Assembly (NCBI GenBank): GCA_964602665.1
Contig: CAZRRH010000004.1
Location: 16,169-80,168, forward strand
Length of the DNA: 64,000 nt
Source: an uncultured Candidatus Saccharibacteria bacterium
GTDB taxonomy: Bacteria; Patescibacteriota; Dojkabacteria; SC72; WJKH01
Direction of reading: 5' to 3'
Notes under the pieces: model-generated
Told to the model about the DNA's origin: nothing
The model's input: the letters and a program-made list of their open reading frames with translations, nothing else
The model's database searches: none
Made by a program: the position numbers and the translations under genes
In this document: one piece after another, positions 47,926 to 56,498 of the stretch
Position numbering within the stretch: position 1 is the stretch's first letter
How the letters are laid out: the number at the start of each line of letters is the position of its first letter

Positions 47926-49437
47926 TTATCCAATCTGCCTTACATCGCCTCCAAGTTTATTAATCCTATTTGCAATATCCTCATATCCTCTTGAAATAGA
48001 GTAAACATTTCTTAAGATAGAGACACCTTCAGCTCCCAACATTGACAACATTATTATCGCTGCAGGCCTTAGCGCCGGCGGAGCAACAATTTGTGTATTT
48101 TTCATTACCGTTGGACCCTTGATATAAACCCTATGAGGATCAGCTAGAATCATATCGGCTCCAAGTTTCGTTAATTCCATGTAGTAAATTGCCCTGTTCT
48201 CATAAACCCAATCATGGACCAGTGTTTGACCTTCTGCTTTTGTCGCTATTGGAACAAAGAACGGAAGATTATCAATATTAATTCCTGGAAATGGTCTTGC
48301 ATATATTTTCTCATCAAGAGCTTTAAGCGTAGAAGGATATACAGTCAAATCAACAAGATCTGTAAAACCGTTATAAGATTTGTAACTCTTCCCTATTTTA
48401 AACCTAAGCCCCATCGCTCTTAACTTGAGAAGCTCTAATTCAAGAAAATCAATAGGAACACGCTTTATTGTAAGCTCTGAATTTGTCATAATAGCTGCTG
48501 TTATCCAAAACATTGCCTCAATTGGATCTTCACTATTATAATGCTCTACTGTGCGATTGATTTTATCTACCCCGTGTATAGTAAGCGTGGTTGTACCTAT
48601 GCCATCAACTTTAACACCACAATTAAGTAAGAAATTTGCTACATCACAAACCATATAATTTGCGCTCGCCATTTTTATTACTGTGTCACCTACGATTTTA
48701 GATGCAAGCATAAGGATATTCTCCGTACCAGTATCAGATGACTCGTACATAATAATTTTATTTGGTTTCAGATTTTTTGCTTTCACAATATAGTCGTTAG
48801 CTGTTACCTTAATCTTCACACCAAGATCGCTCATGGCATAAAGGTTTGACGCAATAGTTCTTGTGCCAAGAGTACAACCTTGGGCGTGAGGAAGTGTAAA
48901 CTCTGGCAACAAATGAATCAATGGCCCAAGGAACATAAGAATAGTCCTAGTCCTTTTGGCCGATTGCTCGTCGATTGTTTTAAGATTGACTTTTCCAACC
49001 TTTATCTCAAGTGTATCATGGTCAAGCCACTTTGTATTAATACCAATGCTTTGCATAACTTCCAAAATTCTATTTACTTCTTCAATTCTTGGGATTTTAT
49101 GTAAAATTGTCTTACCTTCATTAAGCAAAGCAGCACACAAAAGTCCCATTGCTCCATTTTTTGAGGCATTTACGGTAACTTCACCTGACAACTTTTTACC
49201 ACCATTTATTAAAAAATCCGTACTTGATGGAGCATTTATTATTAATTTGCGATTTAAGACGTTGCTTATTTTCGCTAAAGTATCCGTTGTAAAATTCTGT
49301 TCTCCTTTTTCCATCCTTGCAACAGCACTTTGCGTAGTTTTTAATTTCTGTGCAAGCTGTTCTTGCGTTATGTTTTTGCTTGAGCGAAGCGATTTTATCA
49401 TTCGACCGATTTGCTTATTTATTGTTGGATTTTTCAT
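47926..49437 (-). CDS. murA: UDP-N-acetylglucosamine 1-carboxyvinyltransferase MurA with an N-terminal XRE-type helix-turn-helix domain (fusion).
   Basis: Residues about 10-65, ITQEQLAQKLKTTQSAVARMEKGEQNFTTDTLAKISNVL, are HTH_XRE. Then FLINGGKKLSGEVTVNASKNGA is the MurA N-terminus. The catalytic Cys loop is QGCTLGTRTIA. It is one continuous 503-aa ORF. Confidence 0.85.
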   Translation of the reverse strand: MKNPTINKQIGRMIKSLRSSKNITQEQLAQKLKTTQSAVARMEKGEQNFTTDTLAKISNVLNRKLIINAPSSTDFLINGGKKLSGEVTVNASKNGAMGLLCAALLNEGKTILHKIPRIEEVNRILEVMQSIGINTKWLDHDTLEIKVGKVNLKTIDEQSAKRTRTILMFLGPLIHLLPEFTLPHAQGCTLGTRTIASNLYAMSDLGVKIKVTANDYIVKAKNLKPNKIIMYESSDTGTENILMLASKIVGDTVIKMASANYMVCDVANFLLNCGVKVDGIGTTTLTIHGVDKINRTVEHYNSEDPIEAMFWITAAIMTNSELTIKRVPIDFLELELLKLRAMGLRFKIGKSYKSYNGFTDLVDLTVYPSTLKALDEKIYARPFPGINIDNLPFFVPIATKAEGQTLVHDWVYENRAIYYMELTKLGADMILADPHRVYIKGPTVMKNTQIVAPPALRPAAIIMLSMLGAEGVSILRNVYSISRGYEDIANRINKLGGDVRQIG

Positions 49438-49534
49438 ATGATTTTAAATAAATTTAATCATACAATACCAAGATAGCATATGTGTTATATTCTGTCAAGC
49501 TTGCGTAGATCCTCTAATTATGGTATAATATGAT

Positions 49535-50473
49535 ATGACACACGAAGTAGCAACAGAACAAGCACAGATAAGTATAGAAACAGGTTTCCCGACTAATTTT
49601 GCCTATGGACCAATAGCTCCTCTTAACAGCGAATGTCAACCTGTTTTCCCATATTTAAGAGCAGATCAACAAAAGAGCCCTGGTCCGGAATATGAGTTAT
49701 TAACCATCGCTGACCTATTTAGGCTGCCAGATTACTTACCAATTACAGCAGAGGAAGTGGCAGATATTCTTAACAGAACAGCCGCAAGACTAGGAGGCTT
49801 TTTATTATCTTGGAAACCGGATGTAATTCTACGCTTTTTTGATGAAGGGAACTTAACACTACATATCCCCTTTCTAGAAAAGTCTCTTTCATCAGTAACA
49901 GAAGTAGGAGAAAAACAAGGTCCAGATTTTAATAATGCCAGAAATACAAAATGGGCCTCGCTCGCCAATGCAACAACCAGAATATTAACCAGAACTGCTC
50001 AAAGATGGAGCCCAAACCTCCAGACTTTTAACAACTCAATAACAGATGAAATCTTAAGAACAATAGCTCCGGTAACAACAAATCAAGTAGCAAAGACTTT
50101 TGAACTAAGTTTAAGTTTACTTTCTCCTCTAAAACAAAGAAAACCTCTGTTTAAACCGAGAGTTCAGAAACACAGAAAAATAGCGCTAACAGGCGTTGTC
50201 TCACCAATAAAAGAAGAGAGGAAATCTGTAGTTGAAAATTGCTTTGAAGTTGCCACCATTGAATTAAGATCTCCATTAATAAGAGATGATGAAGGTGAAC
50301 TAACTTTATTATATTATCCAACAAGAGATGTTCTATTCAAGCAGAATCCAGCCCGCCCCACAATGCCAAGCCAATATTTCATTGTAATCTTCGATAATGG
50401 AAATGGAAGATACCTTTTGCAAAGAATTAATCCTGTAGATGATATTTATTCAGCACCGCCATTAGTTACCTAA
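49535..50473 (+). CDS. Hypothetical protein, an orphan plus-strand gene inside the minus-strand cell-wall cluster.
   Basis: 312 aa with no recognisable motif. The region appears locally higher in GC by eye. Confidence 0.45.
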   Translation: MTHEVATEQAQISIETGFPTNFAYGPIAPLNSECQPVFPYLRADQQKSPGPEYELLTIADLFRLPDYLPITAEEVADILNRTAARLGGFLLSWKPDVILRFFDEGNLTLHIPFLEKSLSSVTEVGEKQGPDFNNARNTKWASLANATTRILTRTAQRWSPNLQTFNNSITDEILRTIAPVTTNQVAKTFELSLSLLSPLKQRKPLFKPRVQKHRKIALTGVVSPIKEERKSVVENCFEVATIELRSPLIRDDEGELTLLYYPTRDVLFKQNPARPTMPSQYFIVIFDNGNGRYLLQRINPVDDIYSAPPLVT

Positions 50474-50478
50474 AATCA

Positions 50479-51585
50479 CTACAAGAAAGCAACAAGAAGC
50501 CCAATAAGAGCAAAAAACACCGAGAGAAGCCAAAATCTCATGACAATCTTCTCCTCCTTCCAACCGATAGCTTCAAAATGATAATGCAAAGGAGCCATTT
50601 TAAAAAGTCTTCTGCCTGCAACTCTTCTGTAGAATCCTTGCAAAACAGACGAAAAAATTTCTGCAACAACAACTCCAAGCATAATGATAACAGCAAAAAC
50701 GCTATCCAAAAGAACAAAAGCTAAAAATACATATACTCCCAAAGCCAAAGAACCAACATCACCCATTTGTACCCTTGCAGGCTTAATATTAAAGTATAAA
50801 TAAGTTAACAAGCCACCTATTAAAACGCTACTCATAACAGCAACCTCGCTATTACCTTTTGCAATTGCCAATATAACAGACGCAAAAAGTGATGGCAAAA
50901 TAATTCCTGTAGATAATCCATCCATGCCATCAGTTATATTTACTCCGTTTGAAAATAAACCGAGTCCAAAAACGAACAAAGGAATTATAAACCAGCCAAG
51001 ATTTAGACTCCCAATAAATGGTATATTAACGCTATTAATTCCATAAACCGCGGACAGCCAATAAGAAACCACTCCAAACAGTCCCACTTGTAAAAAAATC
51101 TTCTCACCTGCATGTAAACCATTGCCCGGATACGAACCAAGTGCATACCAAAAGTTCTTATACAATCCTATAGGTAAAGTGATCCAATAATATACTCTTT
51201 TTAGAGCCGATTTGTGAATCTGAGCAAGCTTTACATGCTTTTGCAGTGGCAATATTTTACGTGGATGACCAAAAATTACAAGTATGTCATCAATTCCTCC
51301 CATAAGCGCCATAGCAACAAATGCTCCGCTAACAACAGATATCACTCTCCAATCAAGCTCTTTTTTAAAGAAATATAAGGCAAAGATAATTACAATATAT
51401 GATAAAATAAATATCAAACCACCCATTATTGGTGTACCAAGTTTTTTCTTAACCTCAGGAAGTATTGAAGCAAAATCATTTTTTATCTGCCTAACGACAT
51501 TTTTTTTATAAAGCAGTTTTATAATAAACGGCGCCAATAAAAAAGATACCAGACAAGATAATATAATTAATTTTAAGTATTCCAT
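50479..51585 (-). CDS. mraY: Phospho-N-acetylmuramoyl-pentapeptide transferase MraY (polyprenyl-phosphate sugar-phosphate transferase family).
   Basis: KKLGTPIMGG, NGVNITDGMDGLSTG and MGDVGSLALG are the MraY/WecA signature loops. 368 aa, polytopic. Confidence 0.8.
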   Translation of the reverse strand: MEYLKLIILSCLVSFLLAPFIIKLLYKKNVVRQIKNDFASILPEVKKKLGTPIMGGLIFILSYIVIIFALYFFKKELDWRVISVVSGAFVAMALMGGIDDILVIFGHPRKILPLQKHVKLAQIHKSALKRVYYWITLPIGLYKNFWYALGSYPGNGLHAGEKIFLQVGLFGVVSYWLSAVYGINSVNIPFIGSLNLGWFIIPLFVFGLGLFSNGVNITDGMDGLSTGIILPSLFASVILAIAKGNSEVAVMSSVLIGGLLTYLYFNIKPARVQMGDVGSLALGVYVFLAFVLLDSVFAVIIMLGVVVAEIFSSVLQGFYRRVAGRRLFKMAPLHYHFEAIGWKEEKIVMRFWLLSVFFALIGLLVAFL

Positions 51586-51596
51586 ATATTTATAAT

Positions 51597-52355
51597 TTAT
51601 TTTAATCGTCTAAGTCCACCATCATCACCTGCCACCTCGAGTTGTTTCTTAGTCCAGCAGACGCCATCTTTATCTTTCTCCAACCAATCTTGATCTAATA
51701 ACGATCCTCTTGAGTCTACAACAATTATCTCGCCAATTCTTACACCATCTTCAATTCCATAATGTTGTGTACTGTGAGCATATTTAATGCTGATCAAATT
51801 GTCGTCATCATCTTTTGTAACTGTAGTAATAATCGCAATATGATCCCCTCTTCTGACACCCTTAAGGCGCAATAAATCACCAGGCCTAACATCATTTAAC
51901 AAAACTTCAGTTGTATTTTGACCATTTGTCATAAGATCAGCTCCAATATGCTCAATAGGCCTAAGCCAATTAACAATTCTTTTATACAAAGACCTGTTCG
52001 CAGGGAATTTAATATTCGAATATAAATTTCCTTTACCGATCTCCTTTAAATAAGTATCAAGGACATGCGCCACAAAACCTGAGCAATCAACTCCTAGCCC
52101 AACCGAGCGCATAAACTCTCTAATCTCCACAACAGACTTCCCAGAAAGCTCAAAGCCTCTTAATTTAGCAAATATCATTACTTCTTGTGCAATTTCATCA
52201 GGCAACCCCTTCCCTACTTTTGATCTAAGTTCTGCACGAACCCTTTTGACATTGCGATAATATGGTGTTGGAACAATTTGTCCACCCAAATCCAGCTTGA
52301 AATAGTCTTTAATAAGCTGCTTTGTTTTTTCTGGTAAACTGCTAATCTGTGACAT
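51597..52355 (-). CDS. NlpC/P60-like papain-fold peptidase domain protein.
   Basis: The Cys motif is GVDCSGFVAHVL (DCSG). The downstream His is in RPGDLLRLKGVRRGDHIAIIT. 252 aa. Confidence 0.5.
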   Translation of the reverse strand: MSQISSLPEKTKQLIKDYFKLDLGGQIVPTPYYRNVKRVRAELRSKVGKGLPDEIAQEVMIFAKLRGFELSGKSVVEIREFMRSVGLGVDCSGFVAHVLDTYLKEIGKGNLYSNIKFPANRSLYKRIVNWLRPIEHIGADLMTNGQNTTEVLLNDVRPGDLLRLKGVRRGDHIAIITTVTKDDDDNLISIKYAHSTQHYGIEDGVRIGEIIVVDSRGSLLDQDWLEKDKDGVCWTKKQLEVAGDDGGLRRLK

Positions 52356-53667
52356 ATATTTTTTGATAAATTTTATCTACAAGTTTTCTGTATCTATCGG
52401 ATTCTACCATATTTGATAATGTTTGTATTCTAACAAGCTCGCCACCCGGCGAAACTATATGCCCATCATCAACAACGAGCATAAAGATCTCGTCATCAGG
52501 ATCCTTAATATCATCAATACTCCAGCCATCTCGAGCATACTCAAAAGAGCCATTCTGGTCGACCTTATATACCCCCGAGGGTATATGGGTATTTATCTCA
52601 ATAGCAATTTCTTTAATATTGCGCATAATTAACTGAGAAGCATTTAAGACAGAAAAATCTTGAATTAAAACTTCTTCTTTCTCAATCTGTTCTTCAAACT
52701 GCTCAAGGTGTATTCTTTTTAATGGCATAAGACCTTGCATTTGCATAAGTTTGGTATGCATAGATGTACTTGCAGGCTGTCTTGCATTAACCTCAATTAA
52801 AAAAACCTCACCTTGCTTATCTATAACAAAATCAAGACCAAAAAGACCTTTAAAACCATGCTCAGACATTTTATTGCCAACATTAATGATTATTTGTCTC
52901 ATAGAATCAAGTGATTTATCGGTAAGCCGGCTTCTCATACTCCAATCATTGCCAACTGTCCCACCTGCCATGGCAGTACATTTCTCCCATCCTGTTATCT
53001 GATATGATAATCCGCCAAAAGAGACCCCTTCTCTACCTATACATGCATTTATTGTCCAGCTATCCCCTTCTATATATTTGGCTATCCTTGCAATCCTTTT
53101 AGGAAATTTGGATTGCTCGTTTAAGAAATCGTGCTCATTCTTAATAAAAACAGTGCTACTTCCTGTATGCCCTCTGTCGTACTGTATAACAAACTTGTCA
53201 TATTTAAAATCTGAGTATCTTATATCGCCAAGTTTTGCAATTTTTGTCTCAGGGAAGTTCACATTAGAATCATTCAGAAGATCGTACTGTGATAATTTTA
53301 GCTCAAATTTGCGATTAAGCGCAGTCGTTGTATTGATAATTTTGTATCCGAGCTTTTTTGCTGTAACTTCTATATTGTTCGCTATTTTAAATACCCATAT
53401 GTGAGGTGGATTTGGGTTGTTAAGATTCGTCTTTTTTATATACTCTTGTACTAGTTTATTCTGCAAGAGTCTATTTGAGTTTCGAAATAGCTGATTATAC
53501 TTTCCTGTCTCTTGCTCAAGACAAAACACATTAACGCCTTCTTTTTGCATGTAATCAACTATCTTGTTGTAATCAATGCAAATTATGTGATAATTAGGAA
53601 TCTCCTTCTCAAGCCCAAGCGCCCGTTCTACATCATTGCATATGTAATATATATTGGGTTTTTGCAT
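52342..53667 (-). CDS. ATP-grasp superfamily enzyme, specificity unknown.
   Basis: The C-terminal motif GLFGLDFVIDKQGEVFLIEVNARQ (E-x-N Mg ligands) is present. 441 aa. It contains the in-frame palindrome-encoded peptide HIPSGVYKVD. Confidence 0.6.
   Translation of the reverse strand: MQKPNIYYICNDVERALGLEKEIPNYHIICIDYNKIVDYMQKEGVNVFCLEQETGKYNQLFRNSNRLLQNKLVQEYIKKTNLNNPNPPHIWVFKIANNIEVTAKKLGYKIINTTTALNRKFELKLSQYDLLNDSNVNFPETKIAKLGDIRYSDFKYDKFVIQYDRGHTGSSTVFIKNEHDFLNEQSKFPKRIARIAKYIEGDSWTINACIGREGVSFGGLSYQITGWEKCTAMAGGTVGNDWSMRSRLTDKSLDSMRQIIINVGNKMSEHGFKGLFGLDFVIDKQGEVFLIEVNARQPASTSMHTKLMQMQGLMPLKRIHLEQFEEQIEKEEVLIQDFSVLNASQLIMRNIKEIAIEINTHIPSGVYKVDQNGSFEYARDGWSIDDIKDPDDEIFMLVVDDGHIVSPGGELVRIQTLSNMVESDRYRKLVDKIYQKIYVTD
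52566..52587. repeat. Copy of the palindromic element TATATACCC-CCGA-GGGTATATg, in frame inside the ATP-grasp gene (encodes HIPSGVYKVD).
   Basis: 9-bp left arm, 8 of 9 right arm. The Ser codon in the centre differs from the rluD copy (TCG vs AGT) while the arms are conserved. Confidence 0.5.
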
Positions 53668-55653
53668 CTAAAGTCTCCTTAATCTTAGATACTCTAAAAC
53701 AAACGCTTGGTAATCAGCCATATCTATAACATTTGGCGTATTTTTAACGAAATCGGACCTCTCGTTAAATTCTCCTCTTCTACGGAAAGCTAGGTAATCA
53801 AGCACAAACGCTGAATAATCTCCCATTGATACCCCAGCAACTCCATCTATGTCTATATCTATTGTCGCCTGACTATCTACACACTGACCAACATCATTGC
53901 AGGTTTTGCCTCCTGTACATGTACCACAACTACCTGTACATCCATCACTTCCACATTGCCTTCCCGCACAATTTGGGGTACACCCTCCTGGAATAGGATT
54001 ACATGAAAATTGACCCGTTTTCCTTGTTTGAGCTCCTGAATATGGATAGACTTCTTCTGACTTTATACCCTGCACCGACCACCATACATAATTTTTGTTT
54101 GACTGCAATTCTACTTCATATCTATTTGTAGTTACATTATGATCTGCTATATCCCCTTCTAATACATTTGCCCAATCACTCTCTGGTTCCCGATTTATTC
54201 TGATCATATACTTACTTGCTCCCTGAACCACATCCCAGGTAAATACTCCTTTACCATTTACACACTCAAACTTTAAGTTCTGTGGAGCTGAAAGCGGAAG
54301 TTCAGCTGTATCAGAGAAATCAACTCTATACACATAAACTCCATAAGGTTGCCATGTTGTTGCAAGAAAATACATTGTTTTACCGTTGTCTTTTAGTAAA
54401 GAACTCGTTGTATAGGTGCCATAATAAGTCCATGTGCCACTTTTGGGAGATCTTGATTTATTGGGCATTAAAATCTTCTCTTCCCATGGCCCTTGTGGTT
54501 GATCTGCTAAGTACATATAGACACCAAGAGTTGAGTCTGGCCTTCCAGTCATGAGAAGATATTTTCCTAAGTATGGGTTATAAACGACACTAAACTCTGC
54601 AATTGTCATGTTTTGTATCGCTTCCTGACCATCTGCATAATTTTTAAAATAAGTATAGTTACTATCCTTAGGAGAAATCACCCATTTTGCACTATTTTTT
54701 ATAAAATTTAGGTCTTTTGATCTAACCCACTGATTATCGTTTGTAAAATACTCCCAACCATCTAAATCAGTGGTGTTCAAAAACTTACTTGTTTCTATAC
54801 GAGCTACCTTTAACCCACCAAATCTTCCTGCAGGACTTCCAAACATATAAATATAATCGCCTTTTTGTACAAAAGATGCCATAGTAAAGTCGTACCTTTC
54901 ATTCGGGGCACCTGCAATACTCCACTTATAATCATTTCCTTTATAATCCTTAAATAAGCCGCTGTCGTTCCAATCCATTTTCGCAATATAAGATGCATAG
55001 CTTTTATGATTGTGCCCCCCAACCGTATTTACATCCATATACTGAGAAAATAAGCCGACACATTGGCCGTTAGAATCTAAAACAGAAAACATTGAATTAG
55101 GAATTGTATAACATCCACCTGCGCCTCCACTGCCCACATTATGACAGCTAAAGAGAGCTCTGCTTGGTCTATCCCCACCAGCTATGTAACCATTAAATGT
55201 CAAATTCTCAACATTAGTACTGTTTGAAAAAGCTACAAAAAAATTATTTTCCGCTTGATTAGAAGGGAAATTGGGATTCGTTCCTGTGTAAGTTATGTTT
55301 TCTAATAATGTGTCGCCAAAATTAAGATAAAATTTATCTCCGCATTTAGTAATTGAGCCTAAATCTGTTCCTGCTACATTTTGATAGTTATTATTTTTCA
55401 CAGAAATCCCGTCCTCATTGTCCCATAAATATGATGTACCAGCAATTTTATTAATTCTATAAACCGAAAAAGATGGGTCATCAGCTTCGTCTGATGTATA
55501 CATTAATGTTCCTGTAGGCTCGCTAGCATCGCTATCAGTTGGCGCATAATCGTTCTTTTCATCGTTAAACTCGCTTAAAGAGTATAAAACCCAAATAATG
55601 ATTAATACAAAAGTTATTACTACGATAATTATGCTGAACTTTTTCTTGTTCAT
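53668..55653 (-). CDS. Secreted or anchored surface protein (661 aa). It has a predicted beta-rich catalytic-like domain, an FN3-like module, a Cys-rich linker and dockerin-like Ca-binding repeats at the C-terminus.
   Basis: Signal anchor MNKKKFSIIIVVITFVLIIIWVLYSL. FN3-like SAPQNLKFECVNGKGVFTWDVVQGASKYMIRINREPESDW. Cys-rich CNPIPGGCTPNCAGRQCGSDGCTGSCGTCTGGKTC. C-terminal DIDIDGVAGVSMGDYSAFVLDYL and NVIDMADYQAFVLEYL. Confidence 0.55.
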   Translation of the reverse strand: MNKKKFSIIIVVITFVLIIIWVLYSLSEFNDEKNDYAPTDSDASEPTGTLMYTSDEADDPSFSVYRINKIAGTSYLWDNEDGISVKNNNYQNVAGTDLGSITKCGDKFYLNFGDTLLENITYTGTNPNFPSNQAENNFFVAFSNSTNVENLTFNGYIAGGDRPSRALFSCHNVGSGGAGGCYTIPNSMFSVLDSNGQCVGLFSQYMDVNTVGGHNHKSYASYIAKMDWNDSGLFKDYKGNDYKWSIAGAPNERYDFTMASFVQKGDYIYMFGSPAGRFGGLKVARIETSKFLNTTDLDGWEYFTNDNQWVRSKDLNFIKNSAKWVISPKDSNYTYFKNYADGQEAIQNMTIAEFSVVYNPYLGKYLLMTGRPDSTLGVYMYLADQPQGPWEEKILMPNKSRSPKSGTWTYYGTYTTSSLLKDNGKTMYFLATTWQPYGVYVYRVDFSDTAELPLSAPQNLKFECVNGKGVFTWDVVQGASKYMIRINREPESDWANVLEGDIADHNVTTNRYEVELQSNKNYVWWSVQGIKSEEVYPYSGAQTRKTGQFSCNPIPGGCTPNCAGRQCGSDGCTGSCGTCTGGKTCNDVGQCVDSQATIDIDIDGVAGVSMGDYSAFVLDYLAFRRRGEFNERSDFVKNTPNVIDMADYQAFVLEYLRLRRL

Positions 55654-56498
55654 TACTTAACTCCTGACAAAATTATAACCGGAACATCAATTTTTATCCC
55701 CTTATCTAAGGCTGTTTTATACCCGCCCAACGCGAGCCCTCCCTCATATGAACAATTATAACCTAATTTCCACAATTCTTCACTATTTGCAATTATTTGA
55801 TCGTCAGGCACAATCCAGCCGTAACTCATAATCCCTCTCACTTGCTTAGCCCTATAACCAACATTATCAACAATCGCCTCAGCAATACTTCTACCCTCTT
55901 TTTTGTCGCCTCCTACGAGCTTATTTACATACTCAGTTTGCACAATATGTATTCTTGGACATTTAATCTGTTTATCTACATAACCGAGTGCAATTCCGCA
56001 AGCAGTAGTCCCACTAGAACTTGCAATAAAAATATCTGTACAATCGGGCAACTGCTCAATCAGCTCATAGGCGATATCTTTAAACCCTATTAATGCAATA
56101 TCATCTATTGAACCTCTTAATAAAACTGCGCCTGTATTATTTGCAAATTTTACACTCTCTTTGAGCGGATTTGCGCTATATACAATTTTTGTACTATTTC
56201 CTGCGAACTTAGCCATGCGATCTTTTTTACTCTGACTAATTTGAGGAGACAAAAAAAGTACAAGATTACAATTCAATTTCTGACACGCATAAGCCGCACT
56301 TATTCCTGCATTTCCAGATGAAGAAATAACAAAATCTCTCTTACCCTCTTTGTAATAAAACAGAATTTGTGTAAAAATACTCCTGTCCTTGGCAGATCCA
56401 GTTATATTCTCGTATTCTTTTTTCACCCAGTAATTTTGACCCGGTGCTTTCTCACAAGATATAAAATTCTTGTTTTTTAATAAAATGTTATTATCCAT
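55653..56498 (-). CDS. Pyridoxal-phosphate-dependent enzyme, fold type II (Trp-synthase-beta/threonine-synthase/cysteine-synthase-like).
   Basis: The PLP-lysine motif NITGSAKDRS (G-S-x-K-D-R). The glycine loop ASSSGTTACG. 281 aa. Confidence 0.6.
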   Translation of the reverse strand: MDNNILLKNKNFISCEKAPGQNYWVKKEYENITGSAKDRSIFTQILFYYKEGKRDFVISSSGNAGISAAYACQKLNCNLVLFLSPQISQSKKDRMAKFAGNSTKIVYSANPLKESVKFANNTGAVLLRGSIDDIALIGFKDIAYELIEQLPDCTDIFIASSSGTTACGIALGYVDKQIKCPRIHIVQTEYVNKLVGGDKKEGRSIAEAIVDNVGYRAKQVRGIMSYGWIVPDDQIIANSEELWKLGYNCSYEGGLALGGYKTALDKGIKIDVPVIILSGVK

